From assembly GCA_963829055.1 (NCBI GenBank), contig CAWHHI010000018.1, positions 1 to 64,000 of the forward strand: a DNA stretch of 64,000 nt, in the 5' to 3' direction. The translations under genes and the position numbers were made by a program. This document shows positions 42,214 to 53,623 of the stretch, piece by piece. Positions within the stretch are counted from its first letter, which is position 1. Each line of letters begins with the position of its first letter. The notes below the pieces were generated by a model. The model had not been told where the DNA came from. It was given only the letters and a program-made list of their open reading frames with translations, and made no database searches. This DNA is from an uncultured Gemmatimonadaceae bacterium. GTDB lineage: Bacteria; Gemmatimonadota; Gemmatimonadetes; Gemmatimonadales; Gemmatimonadaceae.

Positions 42214-43130
42214 TGCTGCGATTGCTCGACATCATGATCCGCGACCTGCTGGTGGCCGAGTTGCCCGCGCTGGTCACCGACCAGCAAGTGCGCTTCCAGC
42301 CGCCGGACGCGCAGTTGCGCACGGACGTCGCGAACCTGGCCGCCGTCGCGCTCGACATCTATCTGGTGGATCTGCGCGAGAACCGGAAACTTCGCTCCAA
42401 CGAACGCGTGCGGTCGACGAACGGCGATGGCTTCGTCACCACGGAGCGGTTGCCCGATCGCGTGGACTGCCACTATCTGATCAGTGCGTGGAGCCCCGCG
42501 CAGCTCGCGTTGCCGATCGTCGATCCGACGCTCGACGAGCACGCCCTCCTGTACGAGACGGCTGCGGTGCTGATGCGGGCGGGCGCGCTCAATCCGTCGC
42601 GCGTCTACCTGCCCGGCGCGCCGGCACTCGCCGCGTGGCCAGCGCGCTTTCGGGATATCGACCTCGGCTCGACGGTGCTTCCGCCTGAAGGATTCGGGCG
42701 GCTCTCCGAGTTCTGGACGACGATGGGGCAGGATATACGCTGGAAGCCGTGCCTCTACCTCATTGTCACGCTACCCGTGGCGCTGGTGCAGGAGGTGGCC
42801 GGTCCGATGGTGACGACGACGTTCACTGACCTGCGCGTTACCGCGGCCGCGGCGACGAGCGAGATGTGGCTGGGCATCGGCGGCCAGGTGATCGATGCGC
42901 GCACTGACCCTGGCAATCCCGTGCCGGTACCTAACGCCTGGGTGCGGCTCGAGACGCTCGCCGGCACGCCGGTGGGACTGGCGCAGGCGAGCGAGACCGG
43001 CCGGTTCACGTTCGAGCGACTGCGGGCCAGCCAGTACCGGATCCGCGGCGTCGCGACGGGGCTCGCCGAACAGACACGGACGGTGGACGTGCCGAGCGAG
43101 ACGGGCGAGTACGACCTGCGGTTCACATGA
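42213..43130 (+). CDS. DUF4255 / Pvc16-like cap (tail terminator) protein with C-terminal carboxypeptidase-regulatory-like domain
   Basis: IYLVDLRENRKLR, CHYLISAW, EFWTTMG...KPCLYLIVT, GRFTFERL...GEYDL. Confidence 0.85.
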   Translation: MLRLLDIMIRDLLVAELPALVTDQQVRFQPPDAQLRTDVANLAAVALDIYLVDLRENRKLRSNERVRSTNGDGFVTTERLPDRVDCHYLISAWSPAQLALPIVDPTLDEHALLYETAAVLMRAGALNPSRVYLPGAPALAAWPARFRDIDLGSTVLPPEGFGRLSEFWTTMGQDIRWKPCLYLIVTLPVALVQEVAGPMVTTTFTDLRVTAAAATSEMWLGIGGQVIDARTDPGNPVPVPNAWVRLETLAGTPVGLAQASETGRFTFERLRASQYRIRGVATGLAEQTRTVDVPSETGEYDLRFT

Positions 43131-43153
43131 GCGCAATCCGCGAGGAGTGGACA

Positions 43154-45138
43154 ATGGCGGTTCAGACTTCGTATCCCGGCGTCTACATCCATGAGTTCAC
43201 CCCCGGCGCACCAATCCAGGGCGTGGGGACAAGCACGGCGGCGTTCCTCGGCATCGCCGCACGCGGCGAACTCGACACGCCGACGAAGGTCACGAGCTGG
43301 GACCAGTTCCGACAGACGTTCGGCGAGCTGCCGGCGGCCGGATTCTTTCTCTGGTACGCGGTGCGCGGGTTCTTCGAGAACGGTGGGCAGGTGTGTTACG
43401 TCGTCCGCGTGAGCAACGGCGACTACCAGGAACTCGCGCTGGTGGACCGGAGCGCCGCCGGCAATGACATCATCCGCGTCCGCGCGCGACAGCCCGGAAT
43501 TCCGGCGACGGCCATCCAGATCACCGTCGCCGACCACCACGAGCTCACGACCGCTGACACGTCCGTCTTCCAGCCGCAGGGCACGCTCTCGGCCGCGGTG
43601 GCCACCCGCACCATCGCGTTAGGTGTCGGGGAGGGCGCGCGCTTTCGGCCGGGCGACGAGGTGACCGTGGCCGGCGGTGGGCAACGTGCGACAGTCGTCC
43701 GAGTGACCGGCGACTCGTTGCGAGTCGACCGCGACATTACCGGGGCGATTGGGGACACGCTGCAGCTCGCCAATGCCGCACCGGGGACGCGGGTCATCCG
43801 CCTGTCGTCGACAGCGCCGACCATCTCGACCGGCCTCATTCCGGGGGCGATGCTCACGATCGACGACGGCACGAATGCCGACTCGCAGATCGTCGAGTCC
43901 GTGCAGACGGAATTCCTCGGTGGCGGTACAGTGACGTATCGGGTGACGTTCCGCGAGGGGATTCGCATCCCGCTCTCGCTCGACCCGGCGACGCCGGCCA
44001 CCGTGCAGTCGGAGGAGTTCGACCTGACGGTGGCGCAGGGCGCGGGAACGACGCTACAGTGCGCTTGGCACGGACGCGACGCACCCGCGCTTCTTCCTGC
44101 GCGTGGTGAACGGCGACCCGAACGCGCTCGTTAGGCTCGAGCTGGTCGAGCCTCCGCCGCCGGCGATGGCGCCCGACAACCTCCCGCTCGCGGGCGGTCC
44201 GACCGCGCTGACGGGCGGCGCGGCCGAGGACCTGACGACGCTGGCGAGCCAGGACTACCTGGACGCGCTCGATACGCTGCGCGGGATCGACGACGTGAAC
44301 CTCGTCGCGATCCCGGATGCGTGCGGTCGCGAGACGCCGAACGGGACCCGGTGACCGTGCAGCAGGCGATCATCGCGCATTGCGAGCAGCTGGCGGACCG
44401 CTTCGCCGTGCTCGACCCGCAGCCCGGGCTCGACCTGTTCGGCGCGGACGTCGATCGAGGTGCAGCGCGCGCGGGCTCGACTCCACGCGCGGCTACGCGG
44501 CGCTCTACTACCCATGGCTGCGCGTCCGGCCGGCCGGACCGGGGGACGCCGGTCCTGGTGCCGCCGTCCGGCCACGTGTGCGGCGTCATCGCGCGCAGCG
44601 ATCTGACGCGCGGCGTGCACAAGGCGCCGGCGAACGAGATCGTCAACGGCGCGTTGGGCGTCGAGCGCACGATGAGCGACGTCGACCAGGGGCAGCTCAA
44701 CCTGCAGGGCATCAACGTCATCCGCGTCTTCCGGTGGGCGGCGCGGCCGATCGTGTGGGGTGCGCGCACGACGGCCGACGCGACACGAACTGGCAGTACG
44801 TCAACATCCGGCGCCTGTTCCTCTTCCTCGAGGAGTCGATCGCAGGAAGGGCATCAGGTGGGCGGTGTTCGAGCCGAACAACCTGTCGCTCTGGCAGAAG
44901 CTTCGAAGCGCACGATCACCGAGTTCCTCACGCGCGTCTGGCGCGACGGCGCGCTGTTCGGCGAGACAGCCCGAGGATGCGTTCTACGTGCGCATCGACG
45001 AGGTGCTGAATCCGTTCTCGGAGCAGGCGCTGGGCCGGCTGCACATCGAGATCGGCGTCCGCCCGACCTATCCCGGCGGAGTTCATCATCGTCCGCATCG
45101 GCATCTGGGCGGGCGGATCCGAGGTCAGCGAGGGCTGA
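43154..45138 (+). CDS. Contractile tail sheath protein, multiple frameshifts after about 44050
   Basis: YPGVYI, GVGTSTAAFLG, GFFENGG, RFAVLD, AALYYPW, PPSGHVCG, RGVHKAPAN, VWGART, YVNIRR, WAVFEPN. Confidence 0.92.
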
Positions 45139-45159
45139 GCGCGTCGAGGAGGAACGACC

Positions 45160-45604
45160 ATGGCGCACCGGAGTCACGCATCGACCCGTATCGTCAACTT
45201 CAACTTCCTCGTCGAGATCGACGGCATCACGCGCGCCGCCTTCCAGCGAGGTGCAGCGGCTTCGATTCGACGATCGACGTCATCGAGCATCGCGAGGGTG
45301 GTGACAACACGACGCCGCGCAAGCTCCCCGGGCATGACCAAGTACAGCAACATCGTCGCTCAAGTGGGGCATGACCGACGACCACGAGCTGTACGACGTG
45401 GCATCGCGGACGCGGTGCAACGGCGACGATGCAGCGCAAGAACGGCTCGATCGTCCTGCTCGATCGCCGCGGGCAGGAGGTGGCGCGGTGGAACTTCTTC
45501 AGGCGTGGCCGGCGAAGTGGACGGGGCCCCGACTTACGGCAGAGGGCACCGACGTGGCGATCGAGCCGCTCGAGCTGGCGCACGAGGGCGTCGAGCGGGC
45601 GTGA
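45160..45604 (+). CDS. Tail tube protein (T4 gp19-like), multiple frameshifts
   Basis: DPY..FNFLVEIDG, IEHREGG, KLPGMTKYSNI, RKNGSIVLLD, WPAKWTGP, LELAHEG. Confidence 0.88.
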
Positions 45605-45669
45605 GGCACGATCGTGGCCCGCTAACGCCATCCGACGTCGGCCCTCGACGATGACAAGGGAGAGACGGC

Positions 45670-46040
45670 ATGTTCCAGACCGAGCACGAGTTCACGCTGC
45701 CCATGGGGCTATCTCGACGAGGACGGCACGCTCCACCGCGACGGCGTGATGCGACTGGCGACCGCGGCCGACGAGATCCTGCCGCTCAAGGACCCGCGGG
45801 TGCAGAAGAACCCGGCCTACCTGATGGTGATCCTGCTCGTCGCGCGTGGTGACGCGCATCGGGTGCGGTGGACCCGGTGACCCCGAAGGTGATCGAGGGT
45901 CTGTTCGCGGCCGACCTGGCGTATCTGCAGGACCTCTACAACGAGATCAATCGCGGCGGACGAGCGCGCCGACGCGTGGTCTGCCCGCAGTGCCAGCACG
46001 CGTTCGCGCCGGAGGACGCACTCGCGGGGGGATCGTGGCT
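45670..46040 (+). CDS. Conserved CIS protein, putative tail assembly chaperone, frameshifted
   Basis: FTLPMGY, GTLHRDGVMRLATAADEI, DPRVQKNPAYL, IEGLFAADLAYLQDLYNEIN, CPQC. Confidence 0.78.
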
Positions 46041-46189
46041 ACCCCCTCGACCAGCTCCACGAGGAGGTAGCCTTCGTCGCCTATCACTTCCACTGGCCCC
46101 AGGAGGAGGTCATGGCGCTGGAGCACGCTGATCGCCGGCGCTGGGTGCAGGAGATCTCGGCGATCAACCGGCAGGTGAACGGCGAATGA
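46040..46189 (+). CDS. DUF6760-like small CIS protein (no in-frame start of its own)
   Basis: YPLDQLHEEVAFVAYHFHWPQEEVMALEHADRRRWVQEISAINRQVNGE*. Confidence 0.75.
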   Translation, partial: YPLDQLHEEVAFVAYHFHWPQEEVMALEHADRRRWVQEISAINRQVNGE

Positions 46190-46849
46190 GGGAGACACGC
46201 GGCTCGGCCGGGGCGTGGGCGCCGTGGGGTGCGAACGTGCGATTCGCCGAGCGGGTCGCGTCGCGGCACGCGCGCGTGGCGTCGTGGCGCGACGTCGCGG
46301 GTCGCGTGATGGCGCGGGCAGCGCGCGGCGTCGGGCGGATGACGGCGCGGCACGAGTGGCGGGTGGTGCGCCTCGAGCTGCGCGTGCGAGTGGACGGCGG
46401 GGGAGCTGGCGGTAACGCTCGGCGGCCCATGGTGGTGGCGTGGGCTCCCCCCCCCGCTTTCGATGTACGACCGCTCGAGCAGTTCGTCGTCATCCATCCG
46501 CCGCGACAATGAGCGACGCGTCGCCAGTCCCGACCGCATCGAGCGTGTGCCCGTGGGAAGATCTACATCCCCTGCCGCATCCGCCTCGCCGTACGCTCGC
46601 GCGTTCCCCGCCGTCCCCCGCGTCCTCCGCCGTGGCGCGCCTAACAATGTACCGACCGACGTCGACGCGCGGGACGTCGCGCGGCCGGCGCGGCACTCGT
46701 CTGGCTCCGTCGCCCCGTATGTCATTAGGCGCGCCGAGCGCACCGTTCTCCGCGTTCACGCCGCCGGAGCTGGACCGCTTGACCGACGCAGGTCGTCGAC
46801 GCGATCGACCGGCGGCTCGCTGCCTACCGCGAACGCCAGGGGAGAGTGA
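46186..46849 (+). CDS. Hypothetical low-complexity CIS protein, heavily frameshifted
   Basis: C-terminal ELDRLTD.VVDAIDRRLAAYRER.G resembles the protein usually found between DUF6760 and the LysM gene. Confidence 0.45.
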
Positions 46850-46851
46850 CG

Positions 46852-47507
46852 ATGGCGCTCGAGAAGGCCATCCTGCTCAATACCGTCACTGGGCGACGCG
46901 TCGAGGTGCAGTTCAACCCCGAGGAGTACACGCTCGATCGCGAAGCCGTGTGCGCACAGGCCGCCGTGCCTGGACTCGGCGCCCCTCTCGTGCAGTTCGC
47001 GAACGGCAAGCTGCAGACGCTGGAGCTCGAGCTGCTGGTGGACACCTACGAGGCCCGGCGGTGCCGGTGCCGACGTCCGTGAAGCAGGTCACCTCGCTCA
47101 TGGACATCGACCCGACGATCCACGCGCCACCAGTCGTACTGTTCGCCTGGGGATCGCTGACGTTCACCTGCGTCCTCGCGCGGGCGAACCAGAAGTTCAT
47201 CCTGTTCCGTCCCGACGGCACCCCCGTCCGCGCGCGCGTCACCGTCACGCTCAGCGAGTACCGGAACATCGAGCTCGAGGCCAAGGAGGTCAAGCGCGAG
47301 ACCGTCGACTACACGAAGCTCTACACAGTCTCCCAAGGTGAGACGCTGAGCACGATCGCGGCGCACGTCTACGGCGCAAGCGCAACCTGGCGCCCCATCG
47401 CCATTCACAACGGGATCGACGACCCGCGGGCGCTCGACATCGGGCAACGGCTCGAGATCCCGCGCCTTCCGTTCCGCGACCCGGAAACGGGCGAGGTGAT
47501 GCGCTGA
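46852..47507 (+). CDS. CIS tube-initiator protein with LysM domain (Afp7/Pvc7-like), frameshifted near 47050
   Basis: VQFNPEEY, PPVVLFAWG, FRPDGTPVRA, GETLSTIAAHVYG..WRPIAIHNGIDDP. Confidence 0.88.
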
Positions 47508-47508
47508 T

Positions 47509-48689
47509 ATGACCGCGCCCGCACTCCGCCACATCCCCGAGTTCCGCGTCGCTATCAGTGGGCACGACATCCCCGCCGCGCTCCGCAACTCCATCACCAG
47601 CGTGAGGTACGAGGACGGCACCGGCGCCGCCGACCGGGTGGAGCTGGGCGTCGCCAACGTCGATCTGCGCTGGCTCCAGGAGCACATCCGAGGGCTCGGT
47701 TTCCAGCCGTTTCCCACGGGCATCCGCCTCGGTCCCACGCGGGTGACGCCAAGCGACGGACTGTTCGACGTGGACAACAAGCTGACGCCTCGCGATGGGC
47801 TACGGACCTGGCGCGCTCGACCAGATGCCGAGGGCGAGATCACCGGCGTCCAGGCGAGCTTCCCGAGCGGCGGCGTGCCGGGAATGACGATCGTCGCGCA
47901 CGACTACCTGCATCGCCTCACGGTGGCCGCACGCGCGCGGCTTCGGGCCGCTTCCGGATGCGCTGATCGCCCGCATCCTGAGCATCGAGAACTTCCTCGT
48001 CCCGCTCATCGATCCGGTGGTCGACGTCGCGTCGACGGCGCTAGCGGTCGTCAACTACATCTTCAGCCGGAGCGGGCGGAAGCAAAAGGCGCAGAGCGAC
48101 TTCGAGCTCATGCAGGAGCTCGCCGCCGCCCGACGCCGACTTCTGGGTGGAAGGGGACGTGCTGTTCGTTTCCCGACTGTTCCCCAAGGAGTATTCGCCG
48201 CGCCTAACGCTGAGGTGGGGCGAGTCGCTCATGGACTTCTCGCCGTCGGTCAACACCGTCGGTCAGGTGGCCGCCGCGGCAATGAAGTTCACACTGCGCG
48301 AGCTCAAGGTCAGCTTTCTCGTGACCGTCTTCTGGGACTTCGACCGTGAGGCCGCAGGCATCACCGTCGAGCCGGGAGAAGCCGTGGCCGGCGCGAAGAA
48401 ACGGAGCAAGCCGGCGTACACGATCGTCGACCAGCCGATCGCGAGCCCGGCTGACATCCCCACGAGCGCGCTCGCCATCTACCACGAGCTGCGCAAGCGC
48501 CTCAACAACCGCCTAACGGCAAGCGGTACGTGCGTGGGCGATCCACGCGTTCGCGCTGGTGCCGTCGTCCGCTTCGACGGACTCGGCCCCGATTTCAGCG
48601 GCGACTATCGCATCGCGAGCGCCACCCACACGATCGACAGCGGCGGCTACCGCACGAGCTTCAAGGCGCGAAAGGAGATTCTTCCATGA
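47509..48689 (+). CDS. Phage late control D-like hub protein (gp27/VgrG N-terminal-like), multiple frameshifts
   Basis: GEITGVQASFP, AHDYLHRL, QSDFEL, LRWGESLMDFSP, GDPRVRAG, FSGDY..ATHTIDSGGYRTSF. Confidence 0.82.
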
Positions 48690-49381
48690 TCGAGTCGCTG
48701 TTCGAGACAATCGAGCAATCGATCGAGGACGTGAAGCGGAAGTTCTACGGCGTGGCAAGCGGCATCGTCGCGTCGACCGACGATCCGGAGATGCTGGGCC
48801 GAGTCCAGGTGAAGCTGCCGTTTCTCGACGCCGTGGATCAGGCCCCGTGGGCGCGCGTCGCCGTTCCGCTCGCCGGGCGACTGCACGGCCACTACTTCAT
48901 CCCTCGGGTGGACGACGAGGTGCTCGTGGCGTTCGAGCACGGCGACACGCTCGTGCCATACGTCATTGGCTCGCTCTGGAACGCGTTCGCGCCGCCGCCG
49001 CGTCAGTCGCCGACGCCGGAGATCCACGTCATCCGCACGCAGGCCGGCAACCAGATCGCGATCGCCGAGAATCCGGCGTCGATCACGATCCAGACCGAGG
49101 CGGCGTCGCCGATACCCATGCCGATGCCGGCGTCGCCCACCGGACCGCACCAGACGATCGCGCTCGATACGAAAGGGATCTCCGCGATGACGCCGACGAA
49201 GATCACGCTGCAGGTCAGCACGACGAGCGTGGTCATCGCACCGGACAGCATCACGCTGCGAGTCGGCGGGAATACCGTGTCCATCGGCACGAGCGGTGTG
49301 GACATCACCGCGTCCGGCACGATCAACATCAAGGCCAGCGGCAACTGCACCGTGCAGGCGTCCCTGGTCCAGATCAACTGA
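48686..49381 (+). CDS. Baseplate assembly protein V / gp5 OB-fold spike
   Basis: DPEMLGRVQVKLP, WARVA, IPRVDDEVLVAFEHGD, PYVIGSLWN, beta-helix-like tail. Confidence 0.9.
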   Translation: MIESLFETIEQSIEDVKRKFYGVASGIVASTDDPEMLGRVQVKLPFLDAVDQAPWARVAVPLAGRLHGHYFIPRVDDEVLVAFEHGDTLVPYVIGSLWNAFAPPPRQSPTPEIHVIRTQAGNQIAIAENPASITIQTEAASPIPMPMPASPTGPHQTIALDTKGISAMTPTKITLQVSTTSVVIAPDSITLRVGGNTVSIGTSGVDITASGTINIKASGNCTVQASLVQIN

Positions 49382-49390
49382 GCATCGACC

Positions 49391-49672
49391 ATGCCGCCCG
49401 CCGCGCGCCTCACAGAACAGACTGGCCATCCAGGCCTCGTTGCCGGTCCCGGGGTGCCTAACGTCATCATCGCCGGGCTCCCGTCAGCCGTCGTGGGCGA
49501 CACGCACATCTGCCTCATGCCGCCTACCGCCGGGCCACACCCGCCGGCGCCGTTTCCATCGGGGAGCACGACTGTTCTCATCGGCGGGCGGCCGGCGCTT
49601 CGCATGGGCGATGTGTCATCGTGCGGCGCACCCATCGTCAGCGGCGCCCCAACCGTGCTCCTCGGAGGGTAG
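49391..49672 (+). CDS. PAAR domain spike-tip protein
   Basis: MPPAAR...PSAVVGD.HIC...GS.TVLIGGRPALRMGD..CGA. Confidence 0.93.
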   Translation: MPPAARLTEQTGHPGLVAGPGVPNVIIAGLPSAVVGDTHICLMPPTAGPHPPAPFPSGSTTVLIGGRPALRMGDVSSCGAPIVSGAPTVLLGG

Positions 49673-49674
49673 GC

Positions 49675-50088
49675 ATGGCGACCGACGCGATCGATCGCGC
49701 ATTCCTCGGTGTCGGGTGGGCGTTCCCACTCGCCGCTGCTGCCGTCGGCGACGTGCAGCTCGCCGCGGCCGAGGAGGACATCCGCCAGTCGGTGCGGATC
49801 ATACTCGGCACGGCTCCGGGCGAGCGCGTGATGCGGCCGGACTTTGGGGCGGGTCTGCAGGCACTCGTGTTCGAGCCGATCAGTGCGACGCTCGTCGCCC
49901 TCGTCAAACACCGAGTGGAGGAAGCGCTCATCACCTGGGAGCCGCGCATCGACACGATCACGGTGGACGTCGCCGCTGACGGTCCGCGCGGGCGACTGCT
50001 GATCACGGTCAACTATCGCGTCCGCGCCACGAACACGTTCTACAATCTCGTTTACCCCTTCTACCTGATGGAGGGGCGAGAACCGTGA
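49675..50088 (+). CDS. GPW/gp25 baseplate wedge protein
   Basis: FLGVGWAFP, ILGTAPGERVMRPDFG, WEPRI, NLVYPFYL. Confidence 0.93.
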   Translation: MATDAIDRAFLGVGWAFPLAAAAVGDVQLAAAEEDIRQSVRIILGTAPGERVMRPDFGAGLQALVFEPISATLVALVKHRVEEALITWEPRIDTITVDVAADGPRGRLLITVNYRVRATNTFYNLVYPFYLMEGREP

Positions 50089-53000
50089 GCGACGTCCCTC
50101 TCCCGACGCCGGTGCTCGACCCGCGCGAGCCCGACGCGGTCGCGCAGGAAACCGCGGCTCGTCTCGAGGCCTACGTGCCCGGTCTCCGCGTCGCTCCGGA
50201 TGGTGTCGGGGCAGGCACGGCGCTCGTGCAAGCGTACTCGCGTCAGGTAAAGGCGCTCGCCGACCGCATCAATCAGGCGCCGGACAAGAACACGCTCGCG
50301 TTCTTCGACCTGCTCGGAATCGAACTGCTGCCGGCGCAGGCCGCGCGCGCGCCGGTGGTGTTCACGCCGATGCCGCTCGTCGGCGACTCACGAGTGCCAG
50401 CGGGAACACGAATCGGCGCGACGGTCCAGGGGCGGCCCGATCCACTCGTGTTCGAGACGGAGCGCGGGATTGCTCTCGCCTCGGCGAGCCTGGTGCAGGT
50501 CGCGACCGTGTGGCCCGGACGCGATGCGTGGGCGGATCACAGCGCCGCTGTCGCGAGCGGGACGCCGTTCACGCTCTTCGAGCCGCTCGTGCCAGTCGCC
50601 CACGAGATGTACCTCGCCCACGATATCTGCTTCGCTCTCGCCGGTCGCAGCGCGGTCGAGGTGCGCGTGGAGCTCGTCACCGCCGCGAGCCGTCCGCTTC
50701 GATTGGCGTGGGAGTACTGGGACGGCGAGCAGTGGCGTGCCTTCAAGCCGTTCGTCGCTGCATCGCTCGCGACCGACGCCGACTCGCTCGACGGCACGGT
50801 TGGCTTGACGAGAAGTGGCATCGTGCGCCTAACGACCGACTGCGGCTCGAGTGCGCGTACGACCGTGCACGCGATCGAGTCGCGGTGGATCCGCGCGCGT
50901 GTCGACGCACCGCTGCTCCCGCCGCCAAACGACGATCTCCCCGAGATCGACCGCCTCACGGCGCGGTCGGTGGTCGACCGCTCGCTTCCGGCGATGGCAT
51001 GTGCGCAGTTGCCGGAGGGCGCGGGGATCATCGCCGACCAGGCGTTCGCGGGCGAGACGTCACTCGACCTCACGAAAGCGGTCCAGCCGTTAGGCATCCT
51101 GCCAGTGGCCGGGAGCATCTTTCTCCTGTCCTGTGAGGAGATCTTCGCAAAGCCGGGCGCCGAGGTCACGCTCTGCTTCCACAAGCTGACGACCCCCGAG
51201 GAGGCGACGGATCAGCAGAGCGCCGATCTCGCGCTCGACGTCGACGCCGCCAAGGCGCTGGTCGTGACCGCCGCGCGCGAGTCGGCCAACGCGCTGCTGG
51301 ACGCGCACGACGCGCTCGTCGAGCTCACGCGGCCCCCGCTGATTCCGCCGCTCCTCCCGCAGCGACGTCAGGCGGTGGTCGATGCGCGCAATGCGCTCGC
51401 GTCGCAGGGCATTGCGGGCATCGCTGCCCTCGACACCGCGGCGGAGTCGCTCATTCAGCTGCTCAACGCGCTTCCCGTGGGGCTCGCCACGCCGGCCGGA
51501 ACGATCTGGGATTTCATCTCCAACCCGGGGATTCTCGCCGGGCTCGACATCCTGAACAGCTTCACATCGTTCAGGAATCTGAACCAGCAGCGCATCACCA
51601 CGGCGGGCGGTCAGATCAAGTCGAGCGCTCAGAATAGCGAGGACGCGCTCGAATGCGCTGGAGGACCTAACGCCATTCAGCGCCGCGATGGCGGCCGGCG
51701 CCACGCTTCCCACCATGTCGGCGCCGGTCGTGACGTGGGAGTACTGGAACGGCAAGCGGTGGCGCGGCCTGGCGGTCACCGGAACGGCGGCTGCGCGCAC
51801 GTTCCGGGGCGACGGCCCGATCACGTTCACGGTGCCCGACGACATGGAGCGTGTGAAGGCCTCCGGCGTAGAGGCGAAGTGGATTCGCGCCCGTCTCGTG
51901 AGCGGCGGCTACGGCATCGTGCGCACGGTGACGTGGAAGGACGCCGACTCGGGCAAGACGAATGCGATCCCCGTCATCTCGCACCGGCCGCCGACGCTCG
52001 AAGCGGTGCGCTTAGGATACCGGTGGCGCAGCGCCGAAACGGCGATCGAGCACGTCATCACACGCAACGACTTCATCGAGGCCGACGAGACGGAGCGGGC
52101 CCGATTCCGCGCCGACGCCTTCGCACCATTCGTCGTGGTCGCCGACCCTTCGCCGGCGCTCTACCTGGGATTCGACAAGCCGCTGCCCGCCGACCTCATC
52201 GGCCTCTGGCTCGACATCGAGGAGCGACTTGGCGAGACGAAGGGCCCGGCGCTCGAGTGGGAGTCGTTCGACGGCAGTGACTGGCGCCCAATGCGCGTCG
52301 AGGATGACACGCACGCGCTCGCGCTGCCCGGCGTGGTGGCCGCGCTCTCGTCAGGCAACGCGATGCCCTTCGCGCGCTTCGGCCAGCCGCGCGTGTGGAT
52401 CCGCGCTCGGCTCGCTCACGATGGATCGCCCCGCAAGAGCCGCGTGCGCGCAATGCATCTGAACGCCGTGTGGGCCGCGCAGCTCACCACGAACGAGAAC
52501 GAGGTGCTGGGCTCGAGCAACGGCCAGTCCGGTCAGGTGTTCTTTGCTCGGCAGTTACCAGTCCTGGAAGGCGAGGTGCTCGAGGTGCGGGAGCTCGCGG
52601 GCGCACGCGCGCATGTGGAGGAGCCCATCCTCCGTGCCGAGCTCGCGCGCGCCGGAATAGCGGAGAGCGACATTCGTGTCGTACAGGATCCGCGCACCGG
52701 ACGCACGGCAGAGCTGTGGGTGCGGTGGCGTCCGCGGGCGAACCTGCTGTTCGCCGACCCGGGAGCACGCGAGTACGCGGTGGAGCGGACGCGCGGCCGC
52801 GTCCTGTTCGGCGGCGGCGCACACGGGCTCGTCCCACCCGCGGGCCGGGACAACATCCGTCTGCGCCAGTATCGGTCTGGCGGTGGCATGATCGGGAATG
52901 TGTCACGCGGCGCCGTCACGCAACTGCTCGCGGGCGTCCTCGCGCAGAGCGTCACCAATCCGCGGGCCGCCGAAGGCGGGGCGGACGGTGAGTCGCTAGC

Positions 53001-53619
53001 GCGCGTTAGGCGCCGAGCGCCGCGAATGATCCGGCATAGGCGGCAGGCGATCTCGTTCGGGGATTATGAGGCGCTGGCACTCGAAGCGTCGCCGGCCGTC
53101 GCCGTCGCGCGTGCGCTGCCAACGACGCACCCCAGTGGCCGATTCGCCCCGGGCTACGTGACGGTGCGCATCGTGCCGCAGAGCACCGACGTCCGGCCAA
53201 TGCCGTCGTTCGAGTTGCGCGAGCAGGTGCGCCGCTTCATCGCTGCGCGCGCGCCGGCCGCGATCTCGCATCGCATCGCGGTCATCCCGCCGGTGTACCT
53301 GCCGGTGACGGTGGAGGCGGTGGTGAACCCCGCGAACCTGAGCGGCGCTGGAGACGTGCTCGCGCGCGTCGGGCAGGCACTGGCCACGTTCCTTCATCCG
53401 CTCACGGGCGGCCCGTGGGGACTGGGGTGGCCGTTCGGTCGCGACGTGTACCTCTCCGACGTCGCGGCACTCCTCGAGTCGCTCGACGGCGTCGACTACA
53501 TCGAGACGCTGGCCCTCCTCGTGGACGGCAAGCACATGGGCGAGCGCGTGGACGTGCCGACGGATCGGCTGGTGGTCGCCGGCCCGCAGCGCATCACGCT
53601 CTCCGGCCGTGTGAGGTGA
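50085..53619 (+). CDS. Baseplate J-like assembly protein 1 (Afp11-like) with helical insertion, frameshifted near 51650
   Basis: RINQAPDKN..AFFDLLG, WEYWDG, LGSSNGQSGQ, YRSGGG..GNV, GGADGE, FLHPLTGGP.G.GWPFGR. Confidence 0.88.
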
Positions 53620-53623
53620 CGCG

